Assembly: GCA_950097015.1 (NCBI GenBank)
Contig: CATNEN010000011.1
Coordinates: forward strand, 3,906,001 to 3,970,000
DNA length: 64,000 bases
Reading direction: 5' to 3'
Origin: Macrostomum hystrix
Taxonomy: Eukaryota > Animalia > Platyhelminthes
Position 1 is the stretch's first letter. Each line of letters opens with the position of its first letter. The notes under the pieces are model-generated. The model saw only the letters and a program-made list of their open reading frames with translations. It was not told where the DNA came from and ran no database searches. The position numbers and the translations under genes are program-made. This document shows positions 38,787 to 49,265 of this stretch, in pieces.

Positions 38787-39850
38787 TCAGCTCGTCTCGG
38801 CGCCTTACGAAGTCGAGGGCTTCGCCCCCACACCCCGTTCTCACTCTGCCCCTCGCGGTTAATACTCATGGACCCCAGATATTAAAGATATTTGAAGTGT
38901 TTTATAACTATGATTTGACCTAGAAAATTCAAACAATCGAAACGAGAGAACGCAAATCAATTTGAGAAATTGAGAAATCTCGCACAGTTTTATTTCATTT
39001 CTATTTTTGTCCACGCGAACGGGCTATGCTCAAGTTTCTTTTGCAGAAGAATTTTCAATTCGTCAACCATGCACGAACGGCTCTATACTCAGGGCCATGT
39101 CATGTAAAAGGCAAGCTCTGTGGCATGGTCATGTACTCCTGCTTTCAGGGTGTGATAGAATGACAAAAACCTCAATGTCGACAAGCCTCTTTAGATTGAC
39201 TAGAAAAATGTTTGTTTAATTCTTTGTTCGACTGCATTTCAAGCAAAAGAGCCACATTAAAAGAAATCATGTAAAAATAAAAGCTTGGTTTGTTTATAAA
39301 AACTAAAAAAAATATGGCGATGAGATTAAAAGTTGAGGTTTTTATAGCACCGGATAAAAAAGAGTTCTGTCAACCTCCAATGCGTTCTCAGAAAGCTAAA
39401 ATAGTTCTTATAGTTGATCAAATTTTCTTCTGCTGCGGCATGGGGAACCGACGAGGCCCCACTTGTTCTGTTGAACGCCTTGAGAACGGAAAGTGGGTTA
39501 GCGACAACTCGTTGGACTTTTGAGAGGCATAAAACAATTCAGAGAGAAAGCTTTGGTGCTTGTAGTGCAATTTACTGTGTGTTAAAGGTTTGATGGCCAA
39601 ACCCCCGAACGAGGCTGGAACACATTCATTTGAGCATCATATGAATGTACACCAAACTGAGTCATTCGATAGCAGTCTGGACGAGCCTAATGAATCAGTG
39701 AGCTTACTGGCTGCGACGCTGAGAAAGTCCGGTCAATTATACACGTCAGGTCACAGGTCAGAGAAATGGGCAGAACAAACTCGCCACGGACTGCGGATTC
39801 CCTCTCGCTAGGTAATATTAGCTCGTATTATTTCTAACTATTCTAATTAT

Positions 39851-42800
39851 CTATAATCTAAGAAGTGCCAAGATCGATACAGATACATTGATAATTATAA
39901 TGTTGTCGACAGTGCGCGGCCTAATCTTCGGGAACTGAAACCAAAAGTCGCGACTAAAATGTTTGACATACCACGCAGTTAAAGCAGCGGTCTTCGGTAG
40001 ATGTCGTGGAAAATTTTCAAGTTGCATGGAGGCTACTATAACAGCCTCGATTTCGTCGACGTCACCATCAGATACAGGCTTTTCCAAGCGAGGCGCAACG
40101 CATTGGAAAATGTCCCAGGAGGCAGGCAGAGTCCCGTTAGTGAAGAGTAGATTTGTGATGTAGCTCACACAAACCAGCGTCGTTAGAGATGATAGCATGC
40201 ACAAAGTCATCACTGGAAATCTCTGATACGAGCCTCTGCTAGACTGCTCGACGTAGGCTGGATAGCGAATAAGTGCGGGCAGCCCAATCACAGACTCACC
40301 TGCCGTTAGGCGAAGGGCCATGCTCACAATGTAGCCAGCGAGGCTGCCATAGCTGTTGGACCATTCAATGTAGATGACAGCGAACAACTGGGGAAACAGG
40401 ACAGTATAGGCCAAGTCGAATGATAATTTCCACAGGCCTACAATTGAGGTAACCTTGATTGCAAGAATGCACGCCAGTACAGCCACGACGACAATGGCCA
40501 GACGCATGGACCAGATGACTTGACGATCTGTAGCTGACCGGCAGAAAATCGGCTTATAGACGTTGTGAGCAAACAACGAGCCGGCAGCTAGAAGGGAGCT
40601 GTTAACTGCCGACAAGACAGCGGTAGTAATGACGCCGATACCAATGAAGGTGATTGCAGGCGGGCATATGTGACGGAGAACGAGTGGCAGTATTAACCGT
40701 GCGTCCTTATCGTTGATCGGTCCTCGTTTCGTCTCGTTGTAGAGAGTAGTTTTTTGCCAATCTGGTAAAGTGAATTGGTATGCTACTGGTATGCTTTCAT
40801 CCTCGAGATTGGTTTTGGTCAACAACTAATCTTGACTTTCAGTTAAGAATAGCTTGATTATTAGATGCAGTTTGACTTAACGATAATCGTAGAAGAGCAT
40901 ATAAATCGTAAATTAAGACGATTCGTTTAAGCGATTTGGGAAACACTCCACTATTAACTCACCAGCTGAGACGGCCACAGCGCCAATGAGAACGGACGGC
41001 ACAGCCATAAGGATGCAGCATAACGCTGCAAACAACGACAAAAGCTTCGCATTTCTGGCCGATTCGGAAGAGAGGACTCGCTGAAAGTATGCCTGCCAGG
41101 GAATGCCACCCAGGATGAAAATAAAGATACTCTCGATGTACACAACCGCGTCTGAGACTTTGACCTCGCCTAGCCAGCCTCCGATCTGCTGGACGCCGTA
41201 GGGACCCTCGGGCAATGTGCGAGTGAGCGCGGTAGATGTGATGGGCTTCAACAACGGATTCGCCGCTGCGAAAATCGTTATGAGCCACTGGACAGAAATG
41301 TTTGAGTTAGTTCTAAATGACACTTTTTGTGATGGCTTAAAAGCTTTAGAGTCTATTTTCAAGTTTTATCCGTGTTACTTTTTTCGTGCTTAGGTTACTT
41401 ACCAGTCCAAAGATCATCCAGAAGAGCTGCACAGAATCTGTGTAAAACACAGATTTGAGGCCGCCTAGGATTGTGTGGCTTAGCGTTAGAGCAGTAGACA
41501 GAATTATGGAGTTTGTGCTGCTTAATTTAGTTGTGACGGTCAACGTAGCTCCTGTGAGGAATTCGGCATTAGAAATAAAAACACAATTCATTGATAATTC
41601 ACCCCTGCAAAGTACTATAAGCCACCTAAGCCATCACTCGCTCACCAAATGAAGACAGAATGGAGGCCGACCACAGCAGGTCGCCTAGATATGCAGGTAC
41701 AAACAACAGGCCGCAAATAATTGGCCCATACTTGCGCTGGAACGGGTCCAGCATTGTTACGTAGCGCTGTGCACGCATCTTCTCAGCGAAAAACAGGCCG
41801 CCTATGGAGATGAGGTTTGTTTTGGAATTTTCGTAATTTGTGCATAATTAGCCGCGTGATGTTCAATCTTGATATAAAAAGAAAAATACTGTTAAATAAG
41901 ACAGGCACGAGGATAATAAAAATAGTAAATTTGACGTTGTAGTGAAGGGGGTTCGATATTGGGGAGTGGGGGTGGCGCGATAGCCGCGGCTGTGCTGCCG
42001 GCTGCACAGCCGGCTCAACCGGGTATGGACATAGACACTTGAATAAGTCTTGCGGCACACAAAAGAGGCTAAAAAAACTGACGGGTTGGCCTCTTCAGAG
42101 ATGATTGTGATGGAAGTGGCAGCTGCCACTGCTCGCGCAACATTCTGAATGCAGCTGGGCTCTTGTGATGCAACTGAAATGATTCGGAAATATCTTTTTT
42201 TCGACCATCGCATTCCGCGCAAATCCACTGACTGCTGCTTTGAAGCATTCAGATCATTACTGCGCTTTTAAGCTTCTTCGATTTGGCTTTGGCCATCTGG
42301 CACTAGAGACCGATCATGGTCGCTGACTCGCAGACCTTTTGATCGAATCTCATCGAGGCCCCTTGAATTCAGCTCCAAAAAAGTAGTTTCCCTTGCAACA
42401 AAAAATAACGGCTAGTTACCTTTCTACTAACTGAAAATAGGAAGGAAATTTTACAACTGCACAAAGTTTGAGTGAACTATATCTACTCGTAGTTATATTC
42501 TAGAACCTGTGGGTAACGGCTGATTCATAAGTATTCATAAGTGCCTGATTTAAACCAAGGCTCCGACATTTCCGAATCATTTCAGCTGCATCACAAGGCA
42601 TTTATGAGATGGTTTTTGACCCTTACATCATGAGTACATCAGATTTCAGAAAATAAAGTGCAAACCTACCAGCAACTAGTCCCAGAATATTGCAGAGCAT
42701 AACATGAGCCCACAGAAGGCCTTGATCCGATTTGAAGACAATTGCTGATGCGCCGCAAAAGAATTCTCCCCCAATCCAGGTTGCTGCAGGTTTTTGAAAT

Positions 42801-43063
42801 ATTAATTGAGCAATATGGCTTTGTTTGTACAATTATGCGACTTCTACACATTAGCTTTGTTAAACGGACCTACCAGCCAGGGTAAAAATGCTTGTAAATA
42901 ATCGAAAATCTCTTTTGCCGACAATCATTCTTTTTAAACTATTGTGCTTTTCAAACCAAGTGCTTGTCCAGAGACCGAGCGTCAGAATCAGTACGTAGAA
43001 CAGCACAAACGAGGTAATGTTGGAAAATTCGACGCTGCTTTCTAGCTGCTGTGATCCTACCAT
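39851..43063 (-). CDS. Divergent SLC5A7-like transporter paralog
   Basis: Exons 43063-42874, 42783-42670, 41801-41646, 41551-41403, 41287-40963, then 40761 onward. Same intron phases, and exons 2-4 have the same lengths (114/156/149 nt) as the + strand copy. The 3' end is uncertain (ORF stop at 39851, or a further intron from a GTATGT donor near 39971). Confidence 0.9.
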
Positions 43064-43124
43064 CTGTAAAATGTCGAATGCGACAACGAAATTCATTAGT
43101 CAAAAACTGTGGCTGTAGCAGAAA

Positions 43125-45235
43125 CCGTTGAAATGGCAAAAGGGTGTCCTACGGTCTACCAAATTGCAATAGGGTGTCCTACGGTCAACCAAATGGCAAT
43201 AGTGTGTCCTACAGTCAACCAAATGGCTATAGGGTGTCCTACGGTCTACCAAATTGCAATAGGGTGTCCTACAGTCAACCAAATGGCAAAAGGGTGTCCT
43301 ACGGTCTACCAAATGGCAATAGGGTGTCCTACGGTCAACCAAATGGCAATAGTGTGTCCTACAGTCAACCAAATGGCTATAGGGTGTCCTACGGTCTACC
43401 AAATTGCAATAGGGTGTCCTACAGTCAACCAAATGGCAAAAGGGTGTCCTACGGTCAACCAAAATGGCAATAGTGTGTCCTACAGTCAACCAAATGGCTA
43501 TAGGGTGTCCTACGGTCTACCAAATTGCAATAGGGTGTCCTACGGTCTACCAAATGGCAAAAGGGTGTCCTACGGTCTACCAAATTGCAATAGGGTGTCC
43601 TACGGTCTACCAAATGGCAAAAGGGTGTCCTACGGTCTACCAAATGGCAATAGTGTGTCCTACAGTCAACCAAATGGCAATAGGGTGTCCTACGGTCTAC
43701 CAAATTACAATAGGGTGTCCTACGGTCTACCAAATGGCAAAAGGGTGTCCTACGGTCTACCAAATGGCAATAGTGTGTCCTACAGTCAACCAAATGGCAA
43801 TAGGGTGTCCTACGGTCTACCAAATTGCAATAGGGTGTCCTACGGTCAACCTAATGGCTATAGGGTGTCCTACGGTCTACCAAATGGCAAAAGGGTGTCC
43901 TACGGTCTACCAAATGGCAATAGTGTGTCCTACAGTCAACCAAATGGCAATAGGGTGTCCTACGGTCTACCAAATTGCAATAGGGTGTCCTACGGTCAAC
44001 CAAATGGCAATAGGGTGTCCGACAGTCAACCAAATGGCAAAAGGGTGTCCTACGGTCTACCAAATTGCAATAGGGTGTCCTACGGTCTACCAAATGGCAA
44101 TAGTGTGTCCTACAGTCAACCAAATGGCAATCGGGTGTCCTACGGTCAACCTAATGGCTATAGGGTGTCCTACGGTCAACCAAATGGCCATAGGGTGTCC
44201 TATAAACGGTCAACCAAATGGCCATAGGGTGTCCTACAGTCAACCAAATGGCCATAGGGTGTCCTATAAACGGTCAACCAAATGGCTATAGGGTGTCCTA
44301 CAGTATACCAAATTACAATAGTGTGTCCTACAGTCAACCAAATGGCTATAGGGTGTCCTACTGTCAACCAAATGGCAAAAGGGTGTCCTACGGTCAACCA
44401 AATGGCAATAGTGTGTCCTACAGTCAACCAAATGGCAATAGGGTGTCCTACGGTCTACCAAATGGCAATAGGGTGTCCTACAGTCAACCAAATGGCAATA
44501 GGGTGTCCTACGGTCTACATAAATTGCAATAGGGTGTCCTACGGTCAACCTAATGGCTATAGGGTGTCCTACAGTCAACCAAATGGCAATAGGGTGTCCT
44601 ACGGTCTACCAAATGGCAATAGGGTGTCCTACAGTCAACCAAATGGCAATAGGGTGTCCTACAGTCAACCTAATGGCAATAGTGTGTCCTACAGTCAACC
44701 AAATGGCAATAGGGTGTCCTACGGTCTACCAAATGGCAATAGGGTGTCCTACAGTCAACCAAATGGCAATAGGGTGTCCTACAGTCAACCTAATGGCAAT
44801 AGTGTGTCCTACGGTCAACCGAATGGCAATAGTGTGTCCTACAGTCAACCAAATGGCAATAGGGTGTCCTACGGTCTACCAAATTGCTATTGGGTGTCCT
44901 ACAGTCAACCTAATGGCAATAGTGTGTCCTACAGTCAACCAAATGGCAATAGGGTGTCCTACAGTCAACCTAATGGCAATAGTGTGTCCTACAGTCAACC
45001 AAATGGCAATAGGGTGTCCTACGGTCTACCAAATTGCTATTGGGTGTCCTACGGTCAACCAAATGGTCATAGGGTGTCCTATAAACGGTCAACCAAATGG
45101 CAATAGTGTGTCCTACAGTCAACCAAATGGCAATAGTGTGTCCTACGGTCAACCGAATGGCAATAGGGTGTCCTACAGTCAACCAAATGGCTATAGTGTG
45201 TCCTACAGTCAACTTAATGGCTGGAGTGTCTTCTA
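43125..45235. repeat. 30-bp satellite (~2.1 kb)
   Basis: AGGGTGTCCTACGGTCTACCAAATGGCAAT and variants, about 70 copies, starting ~60 bp upstream of the paralog's ATG. Confidence 0.97.
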
Positions 45236-46049
45236 GTCAGCCTAATGACTCTGGTGTTTTTTAGTCATCCAAATGGCTGGGGTGTCTTCTAGTCATCCAA
45301 ATGGCTGGGGTGTCTTTCAGTCAGTTGTATTACGTGTCCTTCTTACCTTTTCTGATAAAGCTGCGAGTATTCTGTCAATGAAGTAAGCGAAGTACTTGAT
45401 CTTTTTGATCTTACAAAAAACTAATAAAGCTTTGTTTATAAAGTGAGGACTCTTTTAAAAAAACATGCAGTGCAGTCGATCGGCTTTGCCATCTCTAAGC
45501 TTTGCCATAGACATGAGCCTTACCGCTAAGCAAACGAAACTTGCAAGACAAAATAGAGTAACACTTTGTAGGGTTCCTGCTTGATTTTGCGGGCAAAACT
45601 GCTTAAGCAAGGACTTCTATATAATAGCATCTGGACTGGAAACGAGAAATAAATTTCACAATTATTTTACCACATAAGGCCAATGTTTAGCCGAGCACAG
45701 CGGCTCTCCAGAGAAACATATCTACTTAAGCCGTCACACATCTCAAGGCGCCTACATTCCAGGCATGCACATTGAATTTGGTGGAAATCCTATGTTGTGG
45801 AGAGAAATGGAGTCCACTTTTTTCGGAGAAGCATTTCCAATTGATTTCAATGGCGTTTCAAATTGGCATTCCATCGGTCCCCAGCTGTTCACCATAGACA
45901 CTTGTTCCAGAACTGCCACGACTTATGGCCACGTAGTGGCACTAATTTGAATTGGATCAGATTTCCTAGTTGTTTCATTTCATACTCAACGCAGTTTCCT
46001 CAGTTTTCTTTGCCAAGGATTTCTGCGCCATAAAAGCATATCCTTCACT

Positions 46050-46412
46050 ATGGTGAACAAGTGTTCCGCATTCGGTTGCAAGAGCGGCTTCGCTAATAGT
46101 TCAACGCCAGGTACTGTGACATTTCATTGCTATCCACTCAACAACCCGAGTATATTGAAAAAATGGAATAAAGCAAATCCGAGGAAGCCCACGAAGTATT
46201 CTCGTATCTGCTCGCTTCATTTCACCACTGAGGACTTCGTCGAAACAACTCGAGATAGCAATAGCACTCGCAGAGAGAAGAAAGGCCAGCTGACCAATCG
46301 TTATCTGAGGCAAGATGCGGTGCCAACTATCTTTCTTAATGCACCTGCATACCTTTCTTCTGTCCGGCAAGCAGCTCGGAGCACATGCTCTTATAATAGC
46401 ATCATGCTCTGA
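46050..46412 (+). CDS. THAP (C2CH) zinc-finger domain, truncated transposase-like ORF
   Basis: CSAFGC...FHCYP...KKW...RICSLHF...LRQDAVPTIF. The ORF stops (TGA 46410-46412) exactly where the right TIR begins. Confidence 0.85.
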   Translation: MVNKCSAFGCKSGFANSSTPGTVTFHCYPLNNPSILKKWNKANPRKPTKYSRICSLHFTTEDFVETTRDSNSTRREKKGQLTNRYLRQDAVPTIFLNAPAYLSSVRQAARSTCSYNSIML

Positions 46413-46437
46413 TGCTATTATATAGAAGTCCTTGTGC

Positions 46438-47979
46438 TTAAGAAGCGGCCCATCCTCTGCCCGCTGTCGGGCTGGGCCATAGACGAGAGAAAGCGAGCGT
46501 GGGTTGCTGGCGTGATGAAATCGACTTTATATGCCAACTACGTGGCCGTGGGCGAATGTTCAATCAGTACACTGGCTTGCCTATGCCTGATATCGGATTC
46601 AGCAAGGCGCTCGACAACGGCCTGTTGGATGCTCTAGTAAACAATCTTTCTGCTGAATCGAGCAGCGACAATCAACTCCGGGAGCTAACAAGTGATGAAG
46701 TGAGTTAGGATGTGGAGAATGCCTCACCCGTCGTCTCTACCGACGTTGCACCGAGAATCTTGCTGAATCAATTGACACCATGCCGCCAAGGTATCTCGTT
46801 GAGTACATGCGTCTCTAGTTTTCATCCCTGAAAAGGGCAGATGGAGAAGTTTATAGCGTGAGCACGATTGCTGGCTCCCACGCTAGCCTTCATCGTCACT
46901 TCAAAGAGGTTAGGGATTTAGAAGTGATTGGAAATATTGCCTTTTTAGAAGTTTGACAAAACCTAAAAAGCTGCTCTGGCTGCATCCGTGAAGCTGGACA
47001 GACGTATGGCTGAGCAGAATGCTTACCAAGCCATCACGGATGAAGATATGTTGAAGCTCCAAGTGTATTTCGATCGAACTACACCAGTAAAACTACAGGA
47101 GGAGGTTTTCTACAATATGTGTACGCATTTTGGACAACCAACGCTGCTAACCCACGTATAGGAAAGCAGATTAAGATGTACGCCACTAATAACCCATTAA
47201 CTCGTCCTGTTGCTGCCGTGCGCAAGTATATTAGCTTGTTGCCCCCCTAGTGTGAGTGATTTGTTTCCAAGACCTATGCTAAAGTTCTCCTTGGTACAAT
47301 GGTACAGTGCAACGCAAGTGCTCGGTAAAAACACCTGAACGACATGATGGCTCGGATTTCTACAAGAGCGAATCTATCACGGACCAACAAAAATCATTGT
47401 ATCCGTGTAGCTTGTCACGACACTAGCAAACAAGGGCATTTCTGTTAATGAAATTCAATGTGTTACCGGTCACAAGAGGCCAAAGTCGGTTCAGAGGTAC
47501 AGAAAGCGGATCTCGCTAGGAAGAAGCGTCAATTGTCCAATGTTTTGACAATTGATTCCTCACCGCCTGGTCCAATCGTTAAATGAGTCACGAGCGACGT
47601 CCCACTTCAATCTCCTGGTTTTAGCCTGATGGTGGCAACCTAAAAGTATCTGCTGTTAGTAAGTAAGTAAAAGTAAGTAAAAGTAACTGCGAACAAAGGG
47701 AATTTAATGAAGTTTTGCCGACTGCAGTGCTAGAGAAAAATGGATGCCGTGTTCTATTTTTCCTATAAGTGAGTACCTCTACACAATGTACTGTAAAGAC
47801 GGCGTGAATTGCACCACAAGCCTATATTAAATCGTTACTGTTGTCCTCTTTGTAATTTTGCACTTTTAAAGTTTTAAATACAATCATTTTTGCTCACTAC
47901 ATTGCGACGTAGATTTCATTTCGTTTTCTCTCGTCTATGGCCCAGCCCGACAGCGGGCAGAGGATGGGCCGTTTCTTAA
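46438..47979 (+). mobile_element. Crypton-like tyrosine-recombinase DNA transposon (degenerate), TTAA-bounded, ~55-bp inverted repeats
   Basis: TTAA at 46438-46441 and 47976-47979. Inverted repeats GAAGCGGCCCATCCTCTGCCCGCTGTCGGGCTGGGCCATAGACGAGAGAAA differ at one base. Frameshifted YR fragments: RADGEVYSVST...SLHRHFKE, EDMLKL...PVKLQEEVFYNMCTHFG, KMYATNNP..PVAAVRKYI, WYSATQVLGKN, NHCIR, TGHK...VQRY (~46830-47500). Confidence 0.85.
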
Positions 47980-48682
47980 GCAGTCTTGCCCGCAAAATCA
48001 AGCAGAAATTATATACTCGTATTACTGTATACAGTGCGCGTTACAGATGACTCTGAGATGAGCCTCTTGTACGAGATTTGGTCACGATACTCTTGTGAGC
48101 TTGAGGGTCACTGGCAGAGACCCTCCAAGTGCCTTCAGGTACAGATTTGGTGAAATTTTCTCATTGGAAAATGTCGTTGTGACGAAGATAAACGGACAAA
48201 AAATTAACTACATCTTAAGCTGATTATATCTTCTACCAAAATTTCACAGAGGTCCGTCCAGTTGTCCTAAATTTTTAATCACTCTCAACTTGCCGCAGTA
48301 CACTCAACTATCGTCGGCAGTTAAAGATGTAAACTGCACCGCTCTTCATGCATTATTAATAAAGTATCTAAAAGGGCTTTAAATGAGCTAAACATGATCG
48401 GAATAATCTGCTCAGGAGGAACACTGCCGCGGTGGATAGAATGCCAGAGACTTCAGCTAGCATGATGACGGAGTTTCAGAGACGCCAGCTGGCCTACATT
48501 CAAGGCACCGGCGATCAACCGTCTCCAGTGGAGGAAGAGCCGCCGCTTGCAGCTCAGCACGACTGTACGCCCTCCGACGGAAGAAGGAGACAGGCCAATG
48601 AGACAGAAATTGAAGAAAAATGTGAGGCTGTATTGGCATTCTGTAACTCTGTAGTGGCTTTGATGAAACTGTACGACAGAGA

Positions 48683-48935
48683 GTTGTAGCTCGTAGCATA
48701 GTGGTTAGAGCGCCGGACTCACGACTTGAAGGTTGGGGGTTCGTATCTCGGCTCCACTTGAACAATTGGTGCCCTTAAAGCAATTTTGGGTTGCTTCTGT
48801 TCACTTGGCTGTTAAATGGAGACTTAAAGGTGGGGGTACGTTCCCCTGTCCATGGACTGAACAGATGCGCGGTGCAAGAGCTGCGGCTGCAATTGGGGCA
48901 GGTGTAATAAACTATTGTTATCATTATTTTTATAA
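48683..48935 (+). mobile_element. Diverged SINE-A copy
   Basis: TAGCATAGTGGTTAGAGCGCCGGACTCACGACTTGAAGGTTGGGGGTTCG head, GTCCATGGACTG, GGCAGGTGTAAT tail. Confidence 0.8.
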
Positions 48936-49265
48936 TGACGTGTAATTCACGCTTGAATATAATAAGATAGTAAATACGATATTAGATAGATACGATTCAA
49001 ATTACCATAGAAACGGCGCTTTTGCAGAACAGTGAGCGTCAGTAAAACATGTTGCAAACTAATTTGTACGCTTCGTGGGTATCGTCTATCAGGATGTTTT
49101 CTTGTTCGACCTGACATCACAGCCAGGTAACTTATAGAAATTTAGCATCAAAGTGTTCACAAAGTGTCAGTGAGTGGCCTTATCTGGCTTTTGGTCGACA
49201 TTCACCAATGATGCGTCAGTTTTAAGAAAAGAATTGGCCAAAAAATATTCCATCCAATTTCGCAG

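Larger units (their letters stand above)
45574..48009 (+). mobile_element. Non-autonomous THAP-bearing TIR element whose right TIR is split by a later insertion
   Basis: Left TIR 45574-45631 matches the reverse complement of 46411-46441 joined to 47980-48009. Confidence 0.75.

Noticed and set aside
41863-42330. GC-rich ORF inside intron 2 of the transporter paralog
   Set aside because: Interrupted by stops with no recognisable domain; may be a retroelement relic but I cannot support a call.
13255-45235. Regular arrays as possible CRISPR loci
   Set aside because: Head-to-tail monomers with no unique spacers, eukaryotic context, no cas genes.
43100-45236. AIGCPTVNQM / NRVSYGLPNG repeat ORFs
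   Set aside because: By-products of the 30-bp satellite; frames shift with indels and there are no splice or start signals.
48432-48689. 85-aa ORF faintly like BESS/MADF-associated tails
   Set aside because: Similarity too weak, and the end is formed by a SINE-A insertion.
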